In this document: positions 1 through 11,983 of the stretch, in pieces
Layout of the letters: each line of letters starts with the position of its first letter
Position numbering within the stretch: the first letter of the stretch is position 1
Program-made: the position numbers and the translations under genes
NCBI GenBank assembly: GCA_039815375.1
Contig: JBCBZJ010000007.1
Location: forward strand, 32,001 to 96,000
Direction of reading: 5' to 3'
Origin: Verrucomicrobiota bacterium
GTDB lineage: Bacteria; Verrucomicrobiota; Verrucomicrobiia; Opitutales; Coraliomargaritaceae
Length of the DNA: 64,000 nucleotides
Notes under the pieces: model-generated
Told to the model about the DNA's origin: nothing
Database searches by the model: none
What the model saw: only the letters and a program-made list of their open reading frames with translations

Positions 1-1
1 T

Positions 2-328
2 GACGGTAAATCGCTTCGGTAACTCGGCAATCTTCTTCGCGGTTTCCAGGTCAGCTATTTCAGAGTTGTTGGCTTGAGGCTGCCAGGCTTCGAGTTGCTC
101 ATTATCCGTTGTTGAGAGTTGATCGAACTGGATCGTGAATCGCATTCCGTCGGTGCGTTGCAAGCGCACGGTTCGATCCGAATGATCAATACTCAATACT
201 TTTGCCTCAATTCTGCGACCATCGACACTTTCCCAAATTCTTGTGTCTGATGGATTTTGCGCCAGGGATGTGGCGAGTAGCTGTAGGGAAACTCCACAAC
301 AGCAGAAAAATCTCTGCGAAAGGGGCAT
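2..328 (-). CDS. Exported protein with N-terminal SHD1-like domain (partial, runs off window start)
   Basis: Manual translation from ATG at 328, open to window edge: MPLSQRFFCCCGVSLQLLATSLAQNPSDTRIWESVDGRRIEAKVLSIDHSDRTVRLQRTDGMRFTIQFDQLSTTDNEQLEAWQ... The R-x-W-x-S-x-D-G-R-x-I-E-A / V-x-L-x-R-x-D-G / L-S-x-x-D pattern is typical of SHD1 domains in PVC bacteria. Not in the ORF track. Confidence 0.65.
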   Translation of the reverse strand, partial: MPLSQRFFCCCGVSLQLLATSLAQNPSDTRIWESVDGRRIEAKVLSIDHSDRTVRLQRTDGMRFTIQFDQLSTTDNEQLEAWQPQANNSEIADLETAKKIAELPKRFTV

Positions 329-350
329 TCGGGGTAGTTTAGAGCGACGA

Positions 351-1241
351 CTAGCGGGTAAGTAGTGCAACTTCCTTGCTGGAATTCATCACCCGCGCCA
401 ACGTGTATTCGAAAACTCTCGTATCACCGCTGGTTGCGACCCACTCAAGATGTCGCCGAGCTGCATCAGGAGTGCCATCAGCGCGAAGCTTTAAGCCGAT
501 GTAGGTGTGGGCTTCGGTTTCCTCAGCACTGTTAGTCACCCAACTGATCAGCTCTGAAACATCAATCTTTCCCGCCGCGTAGGCGAAAACCGGTGATGGC
601 CATTTGCCATTTTGCTCGAGGTTCTTTAGCGCATAAGAAAGTGTTCGATTTGCACCCGAGACATCTCCTTGTTCCAGGCTTGAAAAATAGGCAATTAACA
701 ATGGATAGCTCGATTTTTCACCATTCTGATGATACATCAATGTGGCCTGTCTGGCGGTTGCAATTGCTTCGGAAAACTCGCCACGGCACATGTGCGTCCA
801 AGCGAGTGATTCGTAGAAGAACCCGTTGATCGGTTGATCTGCGGTGGCCTGCTCAAAAGAACTTAGCGCTTCATCAAAATCTTCCATATTGAAAGCGGCG
901 AGACCACGGCCATTCCATGCGAAGGCATGCTGAGGATAATTTTGAACGATGATATCGTAAGAGGAAAATGCATCAGCATGCCGTTGTTGATCTGCAAAAA
1001 TCATAGCCTGCCCAAGCCTTGCGGGTAGATCTTGACCATTTGCCTCTAGGGCTTGATTGAATGCTTCTAGGGCCAGATCGGGTTTTCCTGCCTCTAGGTG
1101 GGCGTAAGCGTCGGAAACACTGGTGCTGGGCTCAATCGTGTTTTCGATTTCCTGAGATTTAAGTAGCGGGAGAACAAAAATAAAGAGAGCGAGCGGAAGA
1201 CTTGCTGTTCGTATATGGCTCTTGGCGCGTCTAAAAAACAT
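351..1241 (-). CDS. Tetratricopeptide repeat protein (NlpI-like C-terminus), exported
   Basis: Signal-like N-terminus; TPR repeats (AWNGRGLAAFNMEDFDEALSSFEQA); NlpI-like EAHTYIG...FEYTLA end. Confidence 0.75.
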   Translation of the reverse strand: MFFRRAKSHIRTASLPLALFIFVLPLLKSQEIENTIEPSTSVSDAYAHLEAGKPDLALEAFNQALEANGQDLPARLGQAMIFADQQRHADAFSSYDIIVQNYPQHAFAWNGRGLAAFNMEDFDEALSSFEQATADQPINGFFYESLAWTHMCRGEFSEAIATARQATLMYHQNGEKSSYPLLIAYFSSLEQGDVSGANRTLSYALKNLEQNGKWPSPVFAYAAGKIDVSELISWVTNSAEETEAHTYIGLKLRADGTPDAARRHLEWVATSGDTRVFEYTLARVMNSSKEVALLTR

Positions 1242-1248
1242 CTTAATA

Positions 1249-2430
1249 TTAATAATCAGCTTTGGCTAAATCCGAAGAGATGTCAAATGATGGCAAGTTT
1301 TGTTCCAGCTTGCTTGCTTTGTCTAAAAGAGTCGAAAAATGATCGATTGTTTGGTCCCAAGGATACTTTTCGGCACTAGCACGCGCTGCGCGTCGGACTG
1401 TTTTTAAGTTCAAATGTGTGCTGACAACCTCGCTCACGAGCTGACGGAAGGCCTCCTCGTCCCCCAAAGGTGATAAATAGCCGTTTTCGCCGTGAACAAT
1501 GAATTGATGCCCCGCCGCATAATCACATGTCACTACAGCAAGTCCACTGGCGAGGGCCTCAATAACAACGTTTCCGAACGTTTCGCTTTCACTGCCGAAA
1601 ACAAAGATGTCCGCAGAAGCGTAGTGTGCGGCCAGATCTTCATCAAATCGCATGCCTGCGAATTGCGCCTCGGGCCATTTGCGCTCCAGTTTCTTTAGGA
1701 CCGGGCCGTCACCAACCACAATCATCTTGAGCTCAGGGCAAGTCTCACGGGCCTGTTGCCAAGATTCCAGCGCCAAGGGAATCTTCTTTTCTGCTGCCGC
1801 CCGACCCACATAGATGGCAACCGGTGTGTTTTCATCGGCACCCCAGCTTGCTCGCAGTTTCTGGCTACGTTTTTTAGGGTCAAAGAGTCGAGTATCTGCG
1901 CCACGGCCAAGGTATGCAAGGCGCTCGACTCCGCTCTTTTCCAAACGATCAATCAAGTTATGGTCCGGAACTGTGGTCAGCGCGCATTTATTATGGAACC
2001 ATTTCAGGTAGCGCATCATTACCCGTCCTGCCCAGGCTGCACCATAATCGGCGCAGTAGTCCTGAAAATTGGTGTGAAAGGTCGAAGTGGCGGGCAGGCC
2101 AAGTTTGCCTGCTGCTCGAAGCGCAGAGAATCCAAGTGGTCCTTCGGTTGCAATGTGGATAATGTCTGGCTGGTAGTCTTCGAAAGCATGTTCGAGGAGT
2201 CCTGGAGCTGGAATACCAATCTTGAGACCCGGATAATTCGGGATTGGAAGACCAAAGACCTCAAGCAGGGAAAGGCTCTCTGATTCAATATCCGGTGCGT
2301 CGGATCGACGCGGTTTAACTAGAAGAACTTTATGGCCGAGCTCGATTAGGCCGCGAACAAGGCGCTGATTTGTCATCGCGACTCCGTTGACTTCCGGAGG
2401 GTAGGTCTCGGTAACGAGGGCAATATTCAT
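1249..2430 (-). CDS. Glycosyltransferase family 4 (GT-B), glycolipid synthase-like
   Basis: MNIALVTETYPPEVNGVA, HIATEGPLG, FHTNF, ETFGNVVIEALASGL motifs. Confidence 0.9.
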   Translation of the reverse strand: MNIALVTETYPPEVNGVAMTNQRLVRGLIELGHKVLLVKPRRSDAPDIESESLSLLEVFGLPIPNYPGLKIGIPAPGLLEHAFEDYQPDIIHIATEGPLGFSALRAAGKLGLPATSTFHTNFQDYCADYGAAWAGRVMMRYLKWFHNKCALTTVPDHNLIDRLEKSGVERLAYLGRGADTRLFDPKKRSQKLRASWGADENTPVAIYVGRAAAEKKIPLALESWQQARETCPELKMIVVGDGPVLKKLERKWPEAQFAGMRFDEDLAAHYASADIFVFGSESETFGNVVIEALASGLAVVTCDYAAGHQFIVHGENGYLSPLGDEEAFRQLVSEVVSTHLNLKTVRRAARASAEKYPWDQTIDHFSTLLDKASKLEQNLPSFDISSDLAKADY

Positions 2431-2540
2431 CGATAGATCCTTTAAATTGGTGTGATTGCTACAGGTGGCAAGAAAAGATCTGATCGGCCCGGGTAAGATT
2501 ACATATTGAAAGGATGGATCAGTCCTGCATCGTGTTGCTG

Positions 2541-3173
2541 ATGGTTATTGAATCTCAGGAGTTGCCGCCAATAGGAACGAATGCCTTTGCATTGATCGAT
2601 CAAAAACGTAGCGAGTGCGTGATTATTGATGCGCCGTCTGAGGCCTACGATTGGGCCAAGGGTGTAGCTGACCGGTATGCCTGCAGGATCGTTGCACTGG
2701 TTTTGACTCACGGACACTGGGATCATATTCTCGATGGGTGGAAGTTTGTTGAGGCGGGCATCCCAACTTATGGCCATGCCAGTGATACGAAAATGTTTTC
2801 GGAACCCTCAAGGATGTCGAGCTATGCTATGCCGGGTATTACTTTTAACGCTGTCAGAATCGACAACTGGATCTCCGGCGGTAGAACGCTGGAACTGCTT
2901 GGAACGGAAATGGAAATCCGTCACGTGCCTGGACATTGCCCGGGCAATATTCTCGTTTATTTGAAATCCGCTGCGGCTGTTTTTGTTGGCGACGCCATCT
3001 TTGCGGGAAGTATAGGTCGCTACGATCTTCCTGGAGGTGACTTTAGTGTATTGGAAAAATCGATACGTGAGCAAATTTACAGCTTGCCTGACAAGACAAC
3101 GATCTACCCCGGACATGGCCCAGCAACGAGTGTCAGTGCCGAAAAACAAAGTAACCCTTATGTGCGCCCATGA
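2541..3173 (+). CDS. MBL-fold metallo-hydrolase (glyoxalase II/YcbL-like)
   Basis: THGHWDHI, PGHCPG, GDAIF, YPGHG motifs. ATG 2541 preferred over 2514. Confidence 0.9.
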   Translation: MVIESQELPPIGTNAFALIDQKRSECVIIDAPSEAYDWAKGVADRYACRIVALVLTHGHWDHILDGWKFVEAGIPTYGHASDTKMFSEPSRMSSYAMPGITFNAVRIDNWISGGRTLELLGTEMEIRHVPGHCPGNILVYLKSAAAVFVGDAIFAGSIGRYDLPGGDFSVLEKSIREQIYSLPDKTTIYPGHGPATSVSAEKQSNPYVRP

Positions 3174-4291
3174 GTTTGGCAGTTCAGGATGATGAGCGGT
3201 TCATGGCTCACGCCATTGAATTGGCTCGTCAGGCATGGGGACGGACGCATCCAAATCCGATGGTTGGTGCCGTCGTTGCAGACGCTGGCAAGATCATCGC
3301 GGAAGGTTGGCATAAAGCAGCCGGCCAGCCGCATGCAGAAGTGGAGGCTCTTGCTTCCCTTGCCGAACAGCCTTCGGAGAATGCATCGCTTTATGTGACT
3401 CTAGAGCCTTGTAGCACCTGCGGGCGAACGGGTGCCTGCACTAAAGCGATAATCAAATCCGGGATTCGACGTGTCGTAATCGGTGCGGTCGATCCGAATC
3501 CTGAACATGCGGGAGCGGGTTTGGATATCCTGCGCAATGCGGGCATCGAAGTTGTTTCAGGGGTGCTGGAAAATAAATGTGCCGACCTTAATCTCATCTT
3601 CAATCACTGGATTGTCGATAAGACGCCCTTCATTGCTTCAAAGATGGCGATGACTTTAGATGGAAAGTTCGCGGCATCTTCAGGCCATTCACAATGGGTA
3701 ACTGCTGAAGCAGCGCGTGAAGATGTGATGCATTGGCGACGGTATTTTCCTGCGATTGCAGTTGGGGCGAACACCATCATCAAGGACGACCCGAGCCTAA
3801 CGAGCCGGATCAAAGAATCTGTTTTCTGTCCCACACGATTCGTATTTGACCGCCACCTCAAGACTGCGGATTGCGCACGCTTGCCAAGACTCTATTCGGA
3901 TCAATACAAGAATCATACGGTTGTGTTGTGTCTTAAAAGTGCCGACCGCACGCGTAAGAAGGCTATACTCGAATTAGGGCTGGCGCTCTGGGAACTGAAT
4001 GAGGAGGACGGCCACCTGGATTGGTCGCAACTCCGGCAGCTCTGTGCTCAGGAAGGTATCATCGGTATCTACGTAGAATCAGGGCCAACGCTTGCTACTG
4101 AATTAATCGAAAATCGAAAGGTGGATTATTTATTTATCTACAAGGCACCGAAGTTCATGGCTGATTCTGTTGCACCGGGCATCGGCTCAAAGCGAGGCTC
4201 AGCTAAAATGAGCGATGCATTCGAGTTATTGGGTGTCCATCACGAGATTTTCGGTGATGATGTTCTGATCAGGGGGCGGCTTGCGAAGTGA
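3170..4291 (+). CDS. ribD: Bifunctional riboflavin deaminase/reductase
   Basis: [29 protein letters not shown] zinc motif, reductase domain ([13 protein letters not shown]); ATGA overlap with upstream gene. Confidence 0.95.
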   Translation: MSLAVQDDERFMAHAIELARQAWGRTHPNPMVGAVVADAGKIIAEGWHKAAGQPHAEVEALASLAEQPSENASLYVTLEPCSTCGRTGACTKAIIKSGIRRVVIGAVDPNPEHAGAGLDILRNAGIEVVSGVLENKCADLNLIFNHWIVDKTPFIASKMAMTLDGKFAASSGHSQWVTAEAAREDVMHWRRYFPAIAVGANTIIKDDPSLTSRIKESVFCPTRFVFDRHLKTADCARLPRLYSDQYKNHTVVLCLKSADRTRKKAILELGLALWELNEEDGHLDWSQLRQLCAQEGIIGIYVESGPTLATELIENRKVDYLFIYKAPKFMADSVAPGIGSKRGSAKMSDAFELLGVHHEIFGDDVLIRGRLAK

Positions 4292-4875
4292 AGACTCTGA
4301 TCATCGCAACAGGCAACACACATAAAACCGGGGAGTTCGCTCAGCTCCTGGCGAGCTTAAATTATTCTGTGCAATCAGCAGCAGTCTGCGGCGGCATGCC
4401 TTATGTCGAGGAGAACGGTTCGAGCTTCGCTGCTAACGCCGAGCTTAAAGCGAAAGCACTTCGCGCTGCTGCGCCAGCAGAAGCATGGATTCTAGCTGAC
4501 GATTCCGGTTTGGAAGTGGATGCACTCAACGGTGCCCCGGGAATCTACTCTGCTCGCTATGCAGGAGAGAAAGCCAGCGATAAGGACAATTTAGAAAAGC
4601 TACTCGCTGCGCTATCCGGAGTTCTTGAAGCGAAACGAACGGCACGTTTCCGCTGCGCGCTTTGCGTGATTGGGCCGGACGGCAGAAGCCACTTCTATGA
4701 GGGATCCTGCAAAGGTTACATCAGCCTTAGTCCAACCGGTTGTACAGGTTTTGGCTATGACCCTGTTTTTATACCAGAAGGCTACAGTCAGAGTTTCGCG
4801 GAGCTCGGAGAATCTGTTAAGGATCGGCTCAGCCACCGCGCAAAAGCAGTCGCCGCATTTATGGCAGAAGCCTGA
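4288..4875 (+). CDS. rdgB: Non-canonical purine NTP pyrophosphatase (Ham1)
   Basis: [43 protein letters not shown]. Confidence 0.95.
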   Translation: MKTLIIATGNTHKTGEFAQLLASLNYSVQSAAVCGGMPYVEENGSSFAANAELKAKALRAAAPAEAWILADDSGLEVDALNGAPGIYSARYAGEKASDKDNLEKLLAALSGVLEAKRTARFRCALCVIGPDGRSHFYEGSCKGYISLSPTGCTGFGYDPVFIPEGYSQSFAELGESVKDRLSHRAKAVAAFMAEA

Positions 4876-5578
4876 TCGGACTAAGCTCCAGCTTTTTGAC
4901 TGCGGCTTCAAAGACTGAATCATCGCAAGCTGTAACGTTTATGCGTTCCTCGCTCTTGCAATGGGTGAAGGTCAACTCGGTCGCGCGTAACATCAGCATT
5001 TGAGAACCGCACCATTTACGGAAGAATCGATTTTGCACACCATCGCCATGCCGAGTATCTCCAATGATAGGATGTCGTATGTGGGCGAGATGTCGACGGA
5101 GTTGATGTTTACGACCCGTTTTGGGACGCAATTCAAGATAAGAAAAGCGGGCAGTTGGATAGCGCCCAAGAGATTCATCCAGCTCACTCTGTTTCAGCAC
5201 TCTGTACTCAGTGAATGCCGATTGCACCTTTTCTGGCTCTTCCTCGGAACGCAGATCATAATTAATGCTTCCGGATTCCTCCGTCCAACCGCGTACTACA
5301 GCACGGTATGTTTTCGCACAAGCTTGCCGGGCAAATTCATTTTGAGTGAAACGCAACGCATCTTGGTTGAGGGCAAATAGTAGAACACCACTGGTCGGTC
5401 GGTCCAACCGATGACAGGGATACACCAGCTGACCGATCTGCTTTCGAAGAAGCTGAAGGACAAAGACCGTCTCAGAGGCATCCAGAGGACTTCGATGGAC
5501 GAGGAGGCCAGCGGGTTTGTCGATCACTACGTAATCCTGGTCTCTGTAGAGAATGTTCATCTGTATTTCGGCATCCAT
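4859..5578 (-). CDS. truC: tRNA pseudouridine(65) synthase, RluA family
   Basis: [49 protein letters not shown] are TruC-type signatures. Start uncertain (5596/5578/5560). Confidence 0.8.
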   Translation of the reverse strand: MDAEIQMNILYRDQDYVVIDKPAGLLVHRSPLDASETVFVLQLLRKQIGQLVYPCHRLDRPTSGVLLFALNQDALRFTQNEFARQACAKTYRAVVRGWTEESGSINYDLRSEEEPEKVQSAFTEYRVLKQSELDESLGRYPTARFSYLELRPKTGRKHQLRRHLAHIRHPIIGDTRHGDGVQNRFFRKWCGSQMLMLRATELTFTHCKSEERINVTACDDSVFEAAVKKLELSPIRLLP

Positions 5579-5660
5579 TGCCTTGAATTGTATCATTTCA
5601 ATTACGTTTAGTTTAAAGTTGCATTATCCGATCAGATGTAGTGACATTAAACTAGTATAA

Positions 5661-6572
5661 ATGAGCCCAGATTCCCAGCCCAGCGTTCTTGTTGTTGATG
5701 ATAGCGAGACCGACTTAGAAATCATCTCTATGGTTTGTAGTGGGCTCGGCTGCAATGTGGATTTGGCATCGGATGGCTTCGAAGCGCTCAGGCTCTACGA
5801 GGAACGGCGCCATGATCTGATTTTAACAGACTATTTCATGGAACCGATGAATGGGATCTACGTAATCTCACGCATCAAGGAGCTAAATCCCAATGCTGTT
5901 TGCCTGATTGTAACTGGTTTTCCAAACCACACCTTAAGAAGGTTTGTCGAGGAGGGTGGGGTCAAAGACCTCATCGTAAAGCCAATTCAAGCTACACTTT
6001 TGAAGGAGACGATTCGCTCGGCTTTGAAAGGTGTCGGGGAGGGCACGAAAAGGCTGAGCGGCATCGCCTTGAGCAATCGTATGGATAACTGCCCGGCCCT
6101 TGTGGGAGATTGCACCGAGATCAATGCGCTCCGCAAGCAAGTCGCCCCGCGCGTGGTTTGCGAAAAGCCGCTTTTATTGATCGGTCCTCACGGTTCAGGG
6201 AAATATCAGATTGCGGATTTCATTCACCAGAACGGACCGAATGCAGACCGACCGCCGATACATGTTTCCTGTGCAAATATGGGCGAGAAAAGCCTGCGTT
6301 ATGATCTCATCGCAGAAGGTGGCGAATGGCGATCGATTCTTCGCCAGGCCGAAGGCGGCACCTTGATTCTCGATCAAATACTTGCTCTACCTTTGTCCGT
6401 TCAGGCGGATCTGGCCAAGCATTTCGAGGCGATTACCACAAAGATGCATCTCATTGCATTGACAGATCAATCGGTCGACGACGCGCTCCAGCGCGGTGAA
6501 ATTGATGACGCCTTCTATTTTAAGCTGACAACTGATCTGATCGAGGTGCCCCTTGTAGGCGTGATCGCGTAG
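5661..6572 (+). CDS. Response regulator fused to a degenerate sigma54-interaction AAA+ domain, no HTH
   Basis: Receiver domain (VVDD, TDYFMEPMNG, IVTG, VKP); Walker A GPHGSGK; AEGGTLILDQI; lacks GAFTGA and C-terminal Fis HTH. Confidence 0.8.
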   Translation: MSPDSQPSVLVVDDSETDLEIISMVCSGLGCNVDLASDGFEALRLYEERRHDLILTDYFMEPMNGIYVISRIKELNPNAVCLIVTGFPNHTLRRFVEEGGVKDLIVKPIQATLLKETIRSALKGVGEGTKRLSGIALSNRMDNCPALVGDCTEINALRKQVAPRVVCEKPLLLIGPHGSGKYQIADFIHQNGPNADRPPIHVSCANMGEKSLRYDLIAEGGEWRSILRQAEGGTLILDQILALPLSVQADLAKHFEAITTKMHLIALTDQSVDDALQRGEIDDAFYFKLTTDLIEVPLVGVIA

Positions 6573-6654
6573 AGGCTGCGAACATTTCAGAAATCCGGCT
6601 CGACAAAATCGAACGGCCTGAGACCCTTTCCGCTTCACTAAATCTAGCGGAACC

Positions 6655-7695
6655 ATGCAAGAAGAGTTAAATGCTATCGTAGCGGGCGTCCGGGACAAAG
6701 CTCCCGGCATTGTCACGCGCGCAGAATTTGAGGCCTACAAAGCCACCATTTCAGGGCCTAAGGGCTCTCTTACTGAAGTCATGAAGGGCATGGGCAAAGT
6801 GCCCAAGGAAGATAAGCCCACGATGGGTAAGCTCATCAACGAGGCTAAGACTGCCGTCACGGCTCAATTTGATAAGGTCATTGAACGCCTCGAAGCTGCA
6901 GAGCTCGCTGCGAAACTAGGCCCGGCTATCGACCCAAGTCTTCCGACCCCGGATTCAGCCCGGGGCACAATTCATCCGATCGCTCAGGTGCGTGATGAAG
7001 TCGTCGACCTGTTTCGCAGGATCGGTTTTTCCGTCGCCGAGGCCACTGAAGTGGAAACGGAGCATTACTGCTTCGATGCGTTAAACATCCCTTCCGATCA
7101 CCCGGCCCGCGACATGCAGGATTCTTATTATCTGCCAGAGGAACTCAGCGTCAGTAATGTCGCTAAACACGGTGAAGAGAAATACCTCCTCCGCACTCAT
7201 ACCTCGACTGTGCAAATCCGCACCATGCTGAAGGAAGAGCCACCAATTCGTATCGTCGCTCCCGGCCGTTGCTTCCGTCGTGATACACCTGACGCAACAC
7301 ATAGCGCGAATTTTCACCAAATTGAAGGCCTTTATGTCGATAAAGATGTCAGTCTACTCGACCTCAAGGCGACGCTGGACCACTTCGTCAAAACCATTTT
7401 CGGGCCAAAGGCCAAGACACGCCTCCGTCCGAGTTTTTTCCCCTTCACTGAGCCGAGCTTCGAGATGGACTTCTTCTCGCCGGACCTCGGCAAGCTGAGC
7501 AACAAATGGCTTGAGATCATGGGCTGCGGCATGGTCGATCCGGAGGTATTCAAGGCGGTCAACATCGATCCGGAAGTTTACACAGGCTACGCTTTCGGCA
7601 TGGGAATCGAGCGCATCGCGATGATCCTACAGGGGGTCGATGATATCCGCTATTATTATCAGAACGACGTCCGCTTCCTTAAACAATTTGCATGA
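6655..7695 (+). CDS. pheS: Phenylalanine-tRNA ligase alpha subunit
   Basis: HPARDMQD, LLRTHTS, FFPFTEPS, GYAFGMGIERIAM. Confidence 0.98.
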   Translation: MQEELNAIVAGVRDKAPGIVTRAEFEAYKATISGPKGSLTEVMKGMGKVPKEDKPTMGKLINEAKTAVTAQFDKVIERLEAAELAAKLGPAIDPSLPTPDSARGTIHPIAQVRDEVVDLFRRIGFSVAEATEVETEHYCFDALNIPSDHPARDMQDSYYLPEELSVSNVAKHGEEKYLLRTHTSTVQIRTMLKEEPPIRIVAPGRCFRRDTPDATHSANFHQIEGLYVDKDVSLLDLKATLDHFVKTIFGPKAKTRLRPSFFPFTEPSFEMDFFSPDLGKLSNKWLEIMGCGMVDPEVFKAVNIDPEVYTGYAFGMGIERIAMILQGVDDIRYYYQNDVRFLKQFA

Positions 7696-7790
7696 CGTTT
7701 CTTTTAGTTAACGGCTATCTCATCAATTTTAATGTTCCCTTGTTGAAAGACGGCATTCGCCGAGTCGTGAACAATCACCCTGCATCTTAA
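7692..7790 (+). pseudogene. Internally deleted remnant of a GxxExxY (PD-(D/E)XK-like) protein gene, 32 codons
   Basis: ATG overlaps the pheS stop (ATGA). Translation MTFLLVNGYLINFNVPLLKDGIRRVVNNHPAS*; GYLINFNVPLLKDGIRRVVN matches my recollection of the GxxExxY C-terminal consensus G(L/Y)L(I/L)NFNVxxLKxGI(K/R)RxVN. Confidence 0.75.
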
Positions 7791-7804
7791 TTTTCTCCAT
7801 TCTC

Positions 7805-7834
7805 CTCTGTGTCCTCCGCAGAACTCTGCGGTTA
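7805..7834. repeat. 9-10 bp periodic CTCTGCG-type repeat arm
   Basis: ctctgtgtc|ctccgcagaa|ctctgcggt; includes hairpin CCGCAG-AACT-CTGCGG (7816-7831). Its reverse complement resembles the left arm at 22487. Confidence 0.65.
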
Positions 7835-7850
7835 GAACATTCTTTTTTCC

Positions 7851-10313
<2,463 letters not shown>

Positions 10314-10315
10314 TC

Positions 10316-10807
10316 ATGCCCTTCATCGACCGCATTCTCATCGTTTCCTTAATGATTTTCTCGTTTTCATCCTTGTCAGGTGACAGTTCCGAGATGACTG
10401 GAGCTTCATTGGAATCGATCATACGCGAAGTTGCGGTCGAAGATGTGAACGTAAATGGCAACATCATTGAGTTTGCCTTTCAAGGAGTGTCTTTAGTCTG
10501 TATTTATGATCAAACGCACAATCGCATGCGTATTATTTCGCCGATTGTGGACTATGCTGAGATAACCAACGAGCAGAAGGATCGCATGATGCAGTCTAAT
10601 TTCCACAGTGCACTGGATGCGCGTTATGCGAGTAGTGGAGGCGTGCTCTATTCAGCATACATCCATCCTCTCGCTTCGTTGAGTCGTGAAGATGTGCTTT
10701 CGGCGATTTATCAAGTGGCGAGTTTGAGCCTGAGCTTCGGTAAGGAATACAGCAGCGGAATACTCACTTTTGGTGAAGAAGCTCCAGATCCTGAGGAGCT
10801 GATTTAA
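10316..10807 (+). CDS. Exported hypothetical protein (YbjN/T3SS-chaperone-like fold suspected)
   Basis: Signal peptide; NRMRIISPI...NFHSALDARYA...YSAYIHPL pattern; starts 2 nt after pheT stop. Confidence 0.65.
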   Translation: MPFIDRILIVSLMIFSFSSLSGDSSEMTGASLESIIREVAVEDVNVNGNIIEFAFQGVSLVCIYDQTHNRMRIISPIVDYAEITNEQKDRMMQSNFHSALDARYASSGGVLYSAYIHPLASLSREDVLSAIYQVASLSLSFGKEYSSGILTFGEEAPDPEELI

Positions 10808-10886
10808 ACGGCATGGATTCCCGACTACTTTGCATCTAGAAATGCAAAGCCTTGGAATATTTTGACCATGTGGAGGTCCCATTTAC

Positions 10887-11423
10887 ATGAAACGGATTTA
10901 CTTTTCTGCATTATTTTTCGCAGCTATTCTTTCTTTGCCAGTTACTACATGGGGCCAAGAAGCTCCTGAGTTGAAAGTAGATTCATGGGTGCACTTGCCC
11001 CAAGGTATGGAGACTGGTCCTACTCTGAAAAAAGACTGGGCGGGAAAGGTCGTTTATCTCTACTTCTTCCAGTCGTGGTGTCCGGGGTGTCACTCGTCGG
11101 GGCTACCTGCTTTGCGTTCGGCCATTGATACGTATGGTGACAATGATCAAGTGCGTCTCGCTGCAGTGCAGACCGTATTCGAAGGCTTTTACACTAATAC
11201 CGAAGATGCAGCGATTGAGATTGTTGAGCGCTATCAATTGGAGTCCATTCCAGTGGGGCAAAGTGGAACACGTGAATCAGCCTCTAAAGTGATGATAGAT
11301 TTTCGCACCCGAGGTACACCTTGGACCGTTATCATCGCGCCTGACGGAGAAATCGTATACTCCGATTTTCATATCAGCCCGGACAAAGCGAGGCACTTGA
11401 TTGATGGTTTACTTGAGCAGTGA
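10887..11423 (+). CDS. Exported redoxin (TlpA/peroxiredoxin-like thioredoxin fold)
   Basis: Signal peptide; FQSWCPGCH CxxC; QTVFEG; RGTPW cis-Pro loop. Confidence 0.85.
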   Translation: MKRIYFSALFFAAILSLPVTTWGQEAPELKVDSWVHLPQGMETGPTLKKDWAGKVVYLYFFQSWCPGCHSSGLPALRSAIDTYGDNDQVRLAAVQTVFEGFYTNTEDAAIEIVERYQLESIPVGQSGTRESASKVMIDFRTRGTPWTVIIAPDGEIVYSDFHISPDKARHLIDGLLEQ

Positions 11424-11424
11424 T

Positions 11425-11907
11425 TTAGAGTCGGAAGTGAATACGTGAATGTTCTTTGATCCGTCGAATTCCGAGTGGGCGCCACGTGATGACTAAGTCT
11501 TTGATCAAGTAGCCAACAATTAAGGTCCCCGAATATAGCATGGCAGAGAGAAGCGTCGGCAACTGCCATTTCCAATCGGGTAGGACGACTGCAAGCATTA
11601 CGCCAAGAATTACCAACGGAAGCCCCAGAGTCGACTCGAGGCACATGCAGCGTAGTTCGATTGCCGGCTCGGTTGATTTTCTCAAGCGCATTTCGATCAA
11701 TCGATAAATATCACGTATAAAGCCATGAAGTAATAGAGTCAGTGCGAGACTTGTTATCAAGTTTCCCGCAATCATGCGTTCTGAGAGTTGTTCGCGGAGC
11801 AAGAAGAGCAGCGAGACTGCTACAGTGATGAGACATAACTCAACTTTATCGGCCTTACTGAGTCTGAGCATGCGATTAAGAAAGAGTTTCATCGGAGAAT
11901 ATTCCAT
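11425..11907 (-). CDS. Hypothetical membrane protein (about 4 TM) with CxC motif
   Basis: Four hydrophobic segments, ELRCMCLES motif; divergent from the radical SAM gene; start 11907 or 11892. Confidence 0.65.
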   Translation of the reverse strand: MEYSPMKLFLNRMLRLSKADKVELCLITVAVSLLFLLREQLSERMIAGNLITSLALTLLLHGFIRDIYRLIEMRLRKSTEPAIELRCMCLESTLGLPLVILGVMLAVVLPDWKWQLPTLLSAMLYSGTLIVGYLIKDLVITWRPLGIRRIKEHSRIHFRL

Positions 11908-11983
11908 AAACGACGGAGGACCCGGAATTTCGGGAATAAATGGATGCGTCTTTGATCATTAACTTAGGCGCTGATCCGAAAAA

